IMG/VR virus record: IMGVR_UViG_3300045988_052980
Span: 1-21,306 of that record
Strand: one strand, 5' to 3'
From: a virus
Length of the DNA stretch: 21,306 nt
Positions within the stretch are counted from its first letter, which is position 1. Each line of letters begins with the position of its first letter. The position numbers were made by a program, and so were the translations under genes. The notes beneath the pieces were generated by a model. The model saw only the letters and a program-made list of their open reading frames with translations, had not been told where the DNA came from and did not search any database. This document shows positions 14,022 to 21,306 of this stretch, one piece after another.

Positions 14022-14390
14022 ATGGCAAGCAAAAAGTTTATTAATCAAAAGCAATTTGAACAACTATGCCAAATTCAATGTACAAAAGAAGAAATCTGCT
14101 CTGTGTTAGATGTATCAGAAAAAACATTGAATAATTGGTGTAAAGATACATACGGAGAAACTTTCTCCCTAGTTTTCGGTAAAAAAAGACAAGGAGGGTG
14201 CGCAAGTCTTAGAGCAAAGCAGTGGAAACTAGCTTCTAAAAGCCCTGCTATGGCTATTTTCTTAGGTAAACAATTCTTAGGTCAAACGGATAAGGTAGAA
14301 ACACATTTTGACGCTTCAGAAGTAAATGCAATTAATAAAGCTATGATTACAGATGTAGCAAAAGAAAGAAGAATTGAAGACTTTGAATAA
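14022..14390 (+). CDS. terS: Terminase small subunit
   Basis: HTH-like TKEEICSVLDVSEKTLNNWCK and the AMAIFLGKQFLGQTD block typical of this TerS family. It lies directly upstream of TerL. Confidence 0.7.
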   Translation: MASKKFINQKQFEQLCQIQCTKEEICSVLDVSEKTLNNWCKDTYGETFSLVFGKKRQGGCASLRAKQWKLASKSPAMAIFLGKQFLGQTDKVETHFDASEVNAINKAMITDVAKERRIEDFE

Positions 14391-14408
14391 AAGAAAGGTG
14401 GTGGTTTG

Positions 14409-15739
14409 ATGAATAAGCCTGCACCTTTTAATCAAAAGCAGTTGGCTTACCTCAAGAAAACATTTGATTGTTGGTTGAATGTACTTGAGGGAGGTTAGGC
14501 AAGCGTGGAGGAAAGAACGTACTGAACACGTACGCATTCTGCGTTGCATTAGAAACACATCCGGATAAATTCCATTTGATAGCAGGAACGGATACATCAT
14601 CAGCACGTGTAAATATTGGAGATTGTAATGGATATGGTTTGCAGAACTATTTTGCTAATAGATTCAAAGTAGGAAAGTATGAAGGTAAAGACTGCTACTA
14701 CATCAACACAAAGGTTGGTGAAAAGGTTGTATTCTTTGCCGGTGGTGCTAAAAAAGGCTCAGAGAATGCGATACATGGTTATTCTTATGGAATGGCATAT
14801 GTAACAGAAGCAAACCTTTGTTGCATTGAGTTTCTACAAGAAGTGATGGATAGAACAATAGCTTCAAGCAATCGAAAGATATTTCATGATTTAAACCCCA
14901 AAGGAAAGAATCATTGGTATTATACTGATTTCTTGAAATATCATGAGGAGCAACAGAATAAAGATTCTACATATGGTTACAACTATGGGCATACCACCTT
15001 AGTTGATAATTATTCATTAAGTGATGAGCAGATAAGAACGGTCTTAAAATCATACGATAAGAATAGCGTTTATTACAAAAGAGATATAAAAGGACAAAGG
15101 GAAGAAGCCGAAGGACTTGTGTTCCCTTATTTTGCTAATGACTGCAAACCTTACCTATTTAAATATCAGAGTCTAAAAGAAAAGATGAAAGAACAAGGAA
15201 AAAGGTTCAGTCATTTAATCATAGGTGTTGACTTTGGAGACAATGGGTCAAAGTATTCATGGCATTTAACAGGGTTTACAAATGATTGGGATTATATGTG
15301 GGCACTTGATGAAGGAGACATGGCAAAATCTAATTCCATAGACGCAACAAAGTTCTGCAAAGCGTTTGTAAGGTTCTATAAGCGTTGTATTGAATGTTAC
15401 GGATATGTGGAATGGATATTTCCGGACAGTGCTTCTAATACATTAATTAACACGCTTAGAGCTTATTTCTACGCCGAAGGGCTAGACGGAAGTATAATTG
15501 CACCGGTCAAGAAGAATGAGCTAACCGACCGTCCCATAACGGTTGATAGCTTACTTGTTACAGGAAGATTGAAGATAGAAGAACATTGTAAGAACTTAAT
15601 AAACGCATTGAGCGAATTGGTATGGGATAAAAAAAAAGACATTCCAAAAGATGAGAACGTAAACAATATCAATGACGATTGGGATTCGTTCTGCTATACA
15701 TTTATAACCCATAGTGGATATATAGATTTAAGGAGGTAA
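14409..15739 (+). CDS. terL: Terminase large subunit, frame-disrupted at the Walker A region
   Basis: ATG 14409 (AAGGTGG SD) gives MNKPAPFNQKQLAYLKKTFDCWLNVLEGG, then TAG at 14496-14498. The rest (..GKRGGKNVLNTYAF...FHLIAGTD...VVFFAGGA...NPKGKNHWYY...IIGVDFGDNGS) is in another frame, open from 14489; the track ORF starts only at TTG 14576. Confidence 0.8.
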
Positions 15740-15742
15740 GAA

Positions 15743-17146
15743 ATAGAAACATCTAACACACGTAGACCGTGGTTTCAAAACTACCTTAACGAAAGAGGGT
15801 ATTTTGTAGATACAAACGCAATTGAAATCATTGAATTGTGTAACAAGTGGTATACGAATACAGAAACAGAATTTCATACGGCATACACATTAAATAACGA
15901 GGAATACACGCTAGACAAAACAGACTTTGCAAAGCGCTTGTGTGAGGATGACGCAAACCTAATTGAAATCTTAGATATAAACGCAACAGAGGACAGTGTT
16001 ACAAATGATATTATTTCAGACATTCTAACAAAGAACAGGTTTGATGTAATGTATAGGAAACAAGTTGAGCAAATGTCTGCAAACGGAACAGTAGGAGCTT
16101 ATGTAACTGTATCGAATGCCGAAATTTATGAAGATGGTTCATTTAGTGGAGGAGAAATCAGAATCAACTATTGTGATTCAATGAATATCCTCCCATTAAC
16201 TGTTATCAATGATGAAATTGTGGAAGTTGCTTTCGTTGGGGTAAATTACGAAAAACTAAAAAAAGTATATGTAATGGTCATGTTCTTAAAAGGACAAGAC
16301 GAAAGATATATTGCAGAAACACATTACTTTAAAGATACAGGCGAAGAAATAAAAGACCGTGCTCAGATTGTTCAATTAGATGTTGTAAAGCCGTTTGCAA
16401 TTATGAGAAACGCAAAGGTAAACAACTTACAAATGCAAGGTTACGGCTTGCCAAAAATTTGGAGCGCAATTGCTCCACTGAAAACAATTGATTTAACAAT
16501 GACAATGTGGAATCGTGATTTGTTGAAATCCGATAAAATCGTTCTTGTGAATGAAGCATTAATGCAGAAAGACGAGAATGGAAAGATTAAGATGAATCCA
16601 CAAATGAAAAAGATATTTGTTCAGTTAGGTAGAGATAAGCTTCCGGAAGAAAAAGCTTTATGGCAAGAATATAATCCAACAGTAAGAACGGCAGAAGTTG
16701 TTCAATCACTAGAAACTGCGTTAAGTATCTTATCTATGATGTTTGGATTTGGTACAAAGAAATATACGTTTGAAAGTGGAAGAATCGTAACGGCTACAGA
16801 ATATATCGGTGAGAATCAAGACGCAATGAAGGAAGTAAATTCACAACGTAAAGAATCTACTGCATATATTCAAGATATTATTCAAGCGATAGCGTACTTC
16901 TACGAATTAACACAAGGAAGAAAGCTTAATATCAATTCATTAGACATTGCAATTGATTATGACGATACGTATATCGAGGATAAGCAAAGCACGGCACAAG
17001 CGTTAAGGAATGACGCACTAACATTTGATATTCCAAGATTGAAAATCATGTACTTTATGAAGCAATACGGCTTTACTGAAGAAGAAGCTACTGAATTATT
17101 AAATGAAGAAATTCAAGATGATGGAGAGGAGGATGAAGAAGAATAG
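15743..17146 (+). CDS. Portal protein (SPP1 gp6-like), apparent ATA start
   Basis: About 467 aa directly after terL, with an acidic tail DDGEEDEEE. The frame opens at 15740. AGGAGG (15731-15736) is followed after 6 nt by ATA 15743. The first canonical start is TTG 15836, which has no SD. Confidence 0.75.
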   Translation: METSNTRRPWFQNYLNERGYFVDTNAIEIIELCNKWYTNTETEFHTAYTLNNEEYTLDKTDFAKRLCEDDANLIEILDINATEDSVTNDIISDILTKNRFDVMYRKQVEQMSANGTVGAYVTVSNAEIYEDGSFSGGEIRINYCDSMNILPLTVINDEIVEVAFVGVNYEKLKKVYVMVMFLKGQDERYIAETHYFKDTGEEIKDRAQIVQLDVVKPFAIMRNAKVNNLQMQGYGLPKIWSAIAPLKTIDLTMTMWNRDLLKSDKIVLVNEALMQKDENGKIKMNPQMKKIFVQLGRDKLPEEKALWQEYNPTVRTAEVVQSLETALSILSMMFGFGTKKYTFESGRIVTATEYIGENQDAMKEVNSQRKESTAYIQDIIQAIAYFYELTQGRKLNINSLDIAIDYDDTYIEDKQSTAQALRNDALTFDIPRLKIMYFMKQYGFTEEEATELLNEEIQDDGEEDEEE

Positions 17147-17778
17147 CAACTACATATTTTCCATTCGTCTCAAGAAATGGCGATAGATTAGTGTTATATG
17201 ACGCTTTCAGAAGATTATTCTCAAGCTATTTCACAAATGGTGTGTTCATAGACGATTCTAGTTCAGACCATTTAAGAGTTGAGAAAGCTCAAGGCTTAAC
17301 ATTAACAATTAAAGCAGGACGAGCAAATATTAATGGAGCGTTCTATTGGCAGAAAGATGACGAAACCATAACATTAGAAAAGAATAGCGCTACTAAAAAC
17401 TACAATATTATTCTTAGGTTAAATGATAATGACACATATAGAAACATTACCTTAGTAGCAAGTGATATTAACAGTGGAATTACAAGAAGTGATTCTATTT
17501 ACGATTTGGTATTAGCTACAGTTACGGTAACAGGTAATTCAAATGAAGTTAAAGGTTCAGATATTACAGATACAAGATTAGATTCAACACGTTGTGGAGC
17601 AGTTACAAGCGCAATTAAAAGCGTACAATCGTTGGATTTATTTACCCAAGTTACTGAGTTATTCAAAGAAATTAAGGCTCAGAATGAATCTGAAATGAAC
17701 GCAAATAGAACAGAGTTCAATGATTGGTTTGAAACTGTAAAAGATACGTTAGACGCAAATACGGCAGGGAAACATTGA
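17143..17778 (+). CDS. Fibre/baseplate-type structural protein (YFPF..GDR family), apparent ATA start, C-terminus frame-disrupted
   Basis: (M)ATTYFPFVSRNGDRLVLYDAFRRLFSSYFTNGVF...LTLTIKAGRANINGAFY matches the widespread Firmicute prophage structural family that begins M..YFPFdS..GDR.Y. The frame opens at 17137, and its only start-like codon is ATA 17143, overlapping the portal stop as ATAG. The track GTG 17191 would remove the conserved N-terminus. Confidence 0.6.
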   Translation: MATTYFPFVSRNGDRLVLYDAFRRLFSSYFTNGVFIDDSSSDHLRVEKAQGLTLTIKAGRANINGAFYWQKDDETITLEKNSATKNYNIILRLNDNDTYRNITLVASDINSGITRSDSIYDLVLATVTVTGNSNEVKGSDITDTRLDSTRCGAVTSAIKSVQSLDLFTQVTELFKEIKAQNESEMNANRTEFNDWFETVKDTLDANTAGKH

Positions 17779-17782
17779 AAAG

Positions 17783-17896
17783 ATGATTATGGAGAACCAT
17801 TTCACTACGATTCTATTAACAGGAAATGGAGAACTAGTAGATGAAAATGGTCATGAGATTTTAGCGGATTGGAAATATAAAGTCAAGGAGGAATAG
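17783..17896 (+). CDS. 37-codon ORF, probably the displaced C-terminus of the preceding gene
   Basis: MIMENHFTTILLTGNGELVDENGHEILADWKYKVKEE. This frame is open from 17753 and reads ..AGNIEKMIMEN.. if joined at GGGAAA (17767-17772). Confidence 0.3.
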   Translation: MIMENHFTTILLTGNGELVDENGHEILADWKYKVKEE

Positions 17897-17899
17897 AGA

Positions 17900-18808
17900 A
17901 TGGCAGGAAGACAAGTAACAGAATTAGACACATTGCCTAGCTTCACGGATACAAGTTTATTACCAGTACACAATGGAGCAGGATTAAAAAAAGGAACATT
18001 ATCGCAATTGGCAAACTATTTAGGAACTAAATTCAGTAATCCAAATTTATTGATTAATCCCGATTTTAAAATAAATCAGAGAGGAAAAGCAGAGTATACA
18101 AGTGATGGTACAGTAAGATATACGGTAGATAGATGGAGAAGTTTATCTTTAAATGTAAAGACTGATACAAACGGTATATTACTATCCGCAGACAGTCAGA
18201 ATGATGATGGCGGATTCATTGCACAGGAATTGGAAAAATCAATTGATTTAGAAACACTATTTACATTGAAAGTTGGTTCAGTAACCGGAAGTATTGTAGT
18301 TTCAGTTATGGATAGTGCGTCTAATGGAAACAATTTAAATATTACAACGAGTGGGATTTATTCTATAGGTTTAGCAAACCAAGCTAAAAAAGTAATTATA
18401 CAAGTTACAAAAGGAAGCTCTTGTAAGATTGAGTGGGCGAAATTAGAACAAGGCTCAATTGCTACTCCTTTTGTTGCTCCAAATCCGGCAGAAGAATTAG
18501 TGAAATGTGCGCGATTTTTACAAATGATACCGGAAATATACTTTATTCCGTACGCAAGTACGAGAACGGCGTTTATTAGTGATGGGAGATATTATCAAAG
18601 TACAGGTGGTTTATTCCCGGTAGAAATGCGCACGAATCCAACAGTCACGTATAGTAATATACATAAAGCCGATGATGAAGTGATTTCTGAAAAAGTTACA
18701 AGTGTTGATTCAAATAAACACGGAATTGGTCTTATCGTTATTTGTAATAATGCAGGATATTATACATTAAGAATGAAAAACATTGTTGCGGACGCAGAAA
18801 TTTACTAG
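17900..18808 (+). CDS. Tail-fibre / receptor-binding-like protein
   Basis: N-terminal VTELDTLPSFTDTSLLPVHNG..KKGTLSQLANYL followed by NLLINPDFKINQRG...YTVDRW, both typical of phage fibre proteins. Strong SD. Confidence 0.5.
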   Translation: MAGRQVTELDTLPSFTDTSLLPVHNGAGLKKGTLSQLANYLGTKFSNPNLLINPDFKINQRGKAEYTSDGTVRYTVDRWRSLSLNVKTDTNGILLSADSQNDDGGFIAQELEKSIDLETLFTLKVGSVTGSIVVSVMDSASNGNNLNITTSGIYSIGLANQAKKVIIQVTKGSSCKIEWAKLEQGSIATPFVAPNPAEELVKCARFLQMIPEIYFIPYASTRTAFISDGRYYQSTGGLFPVEMRTNPTVTYSNIHKADDEVISEKVTSVDSNKHGIGLIVICNNAGYYTLRMKNIVADAEIY

Positions 18809-18817
18809 GAGGAAGCT

Positions 18818-19162
18818 ATGAACGAACATAAAGTATACGTATCCTTACAAGATGGATACATCACATCTATTAATTCAGAAATCTTTTTATCACAAGAAGA
18901 AATGTCAACTATGACAGAAATTGACCATGGGAAAGGCGACAAATACGCACATGCACAAAGTCAATATCTAGAAAAAGAATTAGTTGATGAGCACGGTAGA
19001 TACAATTATAAATTTGCAGAAGGTAAAGTGATTGAGGTTGCAGAAGCAGAAAAGCCAACAATCGAAGAACCAAAAGCAGTACCAACGGAGCAAGAGAAGA
19101 TTAACGCACAATTAATGCTACAGATTGCACAGTTAAAAGCTCAAATGAATGGGGTGAAGTAG
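18818..19162 (+). CDS. XkdW-like protein (gene type that precedes xkdX in PBSX-like elements)
   Basis: ITSINSEIF...IDHGKGDKYAHAQSQYLEKELVDEHGRYNYKF pattern and its position before an XkdX-like gene. Called from memory. Confidence 0.4.
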   Translation: MNEHKVYVSLQDGYITSINSEIFLSQEEMSTMTEIDHGKGDKYAHAQSQYLEKELVDEHGRYNYKFAEGKVIEVAEAEKPTIEEPKAVPTEQEKINAQLMLQIAQLKAQMNGVK

Positions 19163-19163
19163 T

Positions 19164-19283
19164 ATGAGTTATGAATTAATCAAATCGTATTATGAATTAG
19201 GCTTATTTACAAAGAATGATTTAGAAATCTTTGCTTCTATTGGATGGATTACAGAAACTCAGAGAAAAGAATTAATTAAATAG
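19164..19283 (+). CDS. XkdX-family small phage protein (39 aa)
   Basis: Not in the ORF track. MSYELIKSYYELGLFTKNDLEIFASIGWITETQRKELIK fits the XkdX pattern (Y..g.yt..dl...V..g.IT.eey..I). Confidence 0.55.
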   Translation: MSYELIKSYYELGLFTKNDLEIFASIGWITETQRKELIK

Positions 19284-19299
19284 GCATTAAAAGCGTTTT

Positions 19300-19321
19300 A
19301 AAGGGCATTTAAGCCCTTTTT
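19300..19321 (+). terminator. Rho-independent terminator after the fibre cassette
   Basis: AAAGGGC (19300-19306) / GCCCTTT (19313-19319), 6-nt loop, followed by a run of T. Confidence 0.6.
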
Positions 19322-19339
19322 CTATATGGGGGTATATAA

Positions 19340-20521
19340 ATGTTAAGTGAAGAAGAACAAAGGGAACAAGAACGTGAAAAAAGGCAAGAGCAAAGAAAGA
19401 AAGAACGCCTACAAAAGCAGATTGAGAAAAGAAGAAATTTTGAAGAAAGAGAAAGAAAAAGTGTCAAGCGTGCTAGTGTATTTGAATTGGGAATGATGAT
19501 ATTCATTTCAAATAAAATTCGTGAAGTGCTAGAAAAAAGCACCGAAGAAAATGCGAAATTTAATGAGATATTAGCAAAATCACTAGTAGATTTGCGTAAA
19601 TTCACAAAAAAAGAATCAAAAAGCCTAAAAAAAGATGTAATTAAGGAATCAAAAAAGGATTTTGAAGAAAATAAGCAAGGAACACTTGATTTAATCAAAG
19701 AAGCAAGTGGGAAACCTATCAAAAATAAGCTCAAGATAGATTTATATATCAGTCCACAAAACGATACCTCAAAGCGTTGGAAGAAATATATCAAGACAAG
19801 TGCTAACACGTATGCAATCGGTAAAGATAAACTACCGGTATTCTTTACAAAGGTAGTTCAAGAAGAAGTTAAGAATGTAGTAGGTGGAAAATGTACAATT
19901 GATGATTCTTGTAGAAAAGCTATCTCAAAATTAGCATATAGTGGCGTAAAAATCGTGGAATATGATACAGGTGTTAAAAGAAATGTGGATGTATGGGTAA
20001 GGCAACAAATGCAGTACGCAGAAAAAGAATCATCACAAGAAATTAACAATAAATGTGCTAAAGATTTGGGCGTTACTGTATTCGAGTTTGACGCTCACGC
20101 AAATGCAAGACCAAGCCATAAGAAGTGGCAAGGCAAGCGATACGACACGCAAGGGAAATTATATCCTAGCTTGTATGAGTTAACGCATGGAGAAGAAAAA
20201 GATTATGGATGTAGACACTTTGCTCAACCTGTATGGGATATTGATATGCCTTACGCTTACACAAAAGAGCAGTTAAAGAATATTGATACAAAACCTTTCA
20301 CATTCCAAGGAAAAAAATATGAAGGATATGAAGCTAGGCAGTATCAAAGAGAACTAGAAAGAAACATTAGAGCATTAAAGAGGGAAGTAATCTTATTGGA
20401 CAATCAAGGATTAGGAAGTACAGAAGCAAAAATTAAGCTAAAACACGCAAATGCAACGTATAAAGCTTTCAGTTCTGAAATGGGAGACAGAGTTCACAAC
20501 GATAGGCTTAGAATTGGCTAA
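19340..20521 (+). CDS. Minor capsid / head morphogenesis protein (Mu F / SPP1 gp7-like)
   Basis: FEFDAHANARPSHKKWQGKRYD and YEGYEARQYQRELERNIRALKRE blocks are typical of this family. Highly charged N-terminus. GGGGGT SD. Confidence 0.7.
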   Translation: MLSEEEQREQEREKRQEQRKKERLQKQIEKRRNFEERERKSVKRASVFELGMMIFISNKIREVLEKSTEENAKFNEILAKSLVDLRKFTKKESKSLKKDVIKESKKDFEENKQGTLDLIKEASGKPIKNKLKIDLYISPQNDTSKRWKKYIKTSANTYAIGKDKLPVFFTKVVQEEVKNVVGGKCTIDDSCRKAISKLAYSGVKIVEYDTGVKRNVDVWVRQQMQYAEKESSQEINNKCAKDLGVTVFEFDAHANARPSHKKWQGKRYDTQGKLYPSLYELTHGEEKDYGCRHFAQPVWDIDMPYAYTKEQLKNIDTKPFTFQGKKYEGYEARQYQRELERNIRALKREVILLDNQGLGSTEAKIKLKHANATYKAFSSEMGDRVHNDRLRIG

Positions 20522-20616
20522 AACGCTCACATTGTGAGCTATTATTCAAGCTAAAATATAGTTAGCCAAAACCATACCGGAGAAGATTCGGTTTATAAAT
20601 AACTTTAGGAGGGCAA

Positions 20617-21201
20617 ATGAAAAACATTATTGAAATTTTAAAAGAATCAAACATTGAATTAACCAAAGAGCAAGAGGACTCAATTACAAAGCTAGTAAAT
20701 GACAACTATAAGACGATTGCAGAGTTCGACAAGCAAAAAGAAAAGCTATCTTTAGCAGAGAACAACGCAAAGGAAATTCAAACAAAGTTTGATGATTTCA
20801 AGAAAAGCTATGATGGAGTTGATGTAGAAGAATTGAAAAATAAAATCAATACATTGACGAATGATATTGACACTCAAAAGACAAACTACGAAGCTCAGAT
20901 TAGCAAAATGAATCTTGATTCTGTATTAAGCGCAAAAGCTAAAGAATACGGATGTAAAGATTTCGATTTAGCGAAATCACAATTCAACTATGATGATTTA
21001 CTAAATTCAAAAGACCAAACAAATGACATTGACAAAGCTTTTAAGACATTAAAAGAAAAAAAACCAATCTTATTTGAGGAAAATCAAAATGAACCTGTTG
21101 CCAAAGGAAATATCGTTGGAAACAGTGGGCAAGGAGATAACCCAAACGCCGAAGATTTATTATTACGACAAGTAATGGGTTTAACTACAGAAAAGAAATA
21201 A
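20617..21201 (+). CDS. Scaffolding protein (GP20-like)
   Basis: Coiled-coil, Lys/Glu-rich, with a ...AFKTLKEKKPILFEE block. It lies between the head morphogenesis and capsid genes. Confidence 0.7.
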   Translation: MKNIIEILKESNIELTKEQEDSITKLVNDNYKTIAEFDKQKEKLSLAENNAKEIQTKFDDFKKSYDGVDVEELKNKINTLTNDIDTQKTNYEAQISKMNLDSVLSAKAKEYGCKDFDLAKSQFNYDDLLNSKDQTNDIDKAFKTLKEKKPILFEENQNEPVAKGNIVGNSGQGDNPNAEDLLLRQVMGLTTEKK

Positions 21202-21215
21202 GGAGGATTTAATTA

Positions 21216-21306
21216 ATACCAAATGAAATTGCATTAGCTAAAACGTATGTCTCAAATTTGGATGAGGTATATAAGTTAGCTTCAGTAACAGGTGATTTAA
21301 ATGCAG
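21216..21306 (+). CDS. Partial CDS: probable major capsid protein N-terminus, apparent ATA start
   Basis: AAGGAGG (21200-21206) is followed after 9 nt by ATA 21216. Reads (M)PNEIALAKTYVSNLDEVYKLASVTGDLNA to the window end. The frame opens at 21213. The nearby ATG 21223 is out of frame and stops after 4 codons. Position after the scaffold gene and the LDEVYK..S.T block suggest a capsid protein. Confidence 0.5.
   Translation, partial: MPNEIALAKTYVSNLDEVYKLASVTGDLNA

Noticed and set aside
19309-19809. 166-aa minus-strand ORF, the longest antisense ORF in the window.
   Set aside because: It is antisense to the Lys/Glu-rich N-terminus of the Mu-F-like gene. Its Ser/Phe/Leu-rich product is the mirror image of that composition. 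There is no SD, and it would run into the terminator at 19300-19321.
216-20049. Track ORFs on the strand opposite the confident genes: 216..419, 595..840, 968..1177, 4370..4723, 5124..5339, 5716..5907, 6282..6575, 6296..6490, 6654..6944, 7494..7772, 8834..9040, 9432..9647, 11422..11610, 12171..12371, 12427..12645, 13822..14028, 14316..14606, 15469..15672, 19858..20049.
   Set aside because: They are shadow ORFs inside genes that have clear motifs or SD-anchored starts. They have low-complexity, Phe/Leu/Ser/Ile-rich translations typical of antisense A+T-rich coding DNA, and no SD sites.
1-21306. Alternative genetic code (TGA as Trp, or stop-codon reassignment) as an explanation for the broken genes.
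   Set aside because: Many confident genes end correctly at TGA, TAA and TAG with the next SD and start immediately after. Reading through the disruptive stops in frame does not restore the conserved motifs; frame changes do.

Overview
This 21.3-kb window is one contiguous stretch of a temperate siphovirus-type phage or prophage. The host looks like an A+T-rich Gram-positive bacterium: GGAGG-type Shine-Dalgarno (SD) sites, tightly packed and often overlapping genes, and everything except the lysogeny genes on the + strand. Gene order, left to right: (1) lysogeny switch: a minus-strand XRE/cI repressor, a truncated signal-peptide cargo gene and a divergent operator/promoter region; (2) early genes; (3) a recombination set: Sak3/DUF1071 Rad52-like annealase, NinB/Orf-like protein and RusA, with SSB further right; (4) a wHTH replication initiator with four 15-bp iterons and an AT-rich tract inside the gene; (5) an orphan C5-cytosine methyltransferase; (6) a dimeric dUTPase-like protein; (7) about ten small unknowns; (8) a sigma-region-4-like late regulator, a terminator and an atypical tRNA; (9) ParB-like + DpdA + QueC-HAD + short QueF-like + QueT, a 7-deazaguanine DNA-modification module that looks salvage-based; (10) TerS, TerL and portal; (11) a fibre/XkdW/XkdX-like cassette with its own terminator; (12) a Mu-F/SPP1-gp7-like minor head protein, a scaffold protein and the first 30 codons of the probable capsid gene. 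The signal I rate highest has two parts. The tRNA folds as an initiator-like tRNA (1x72 mismatch, G2:C71, C3:G70, A73, A11:U24) but carries anticodon UAU. At least four essential genes (rusA, portal, fibre-like, capsid), and up to four more, have ATA exactly where a strong SD and family-typical N-termini place the start, with no canonical start codon available. Also notable are four frame disruptions: the G8 tract in the ParB-like gene, the HAD tail of QueC, the TerL Walker-A region and the fibre-like gene. All functional calls come from motif recognition by eye; no searches were run.
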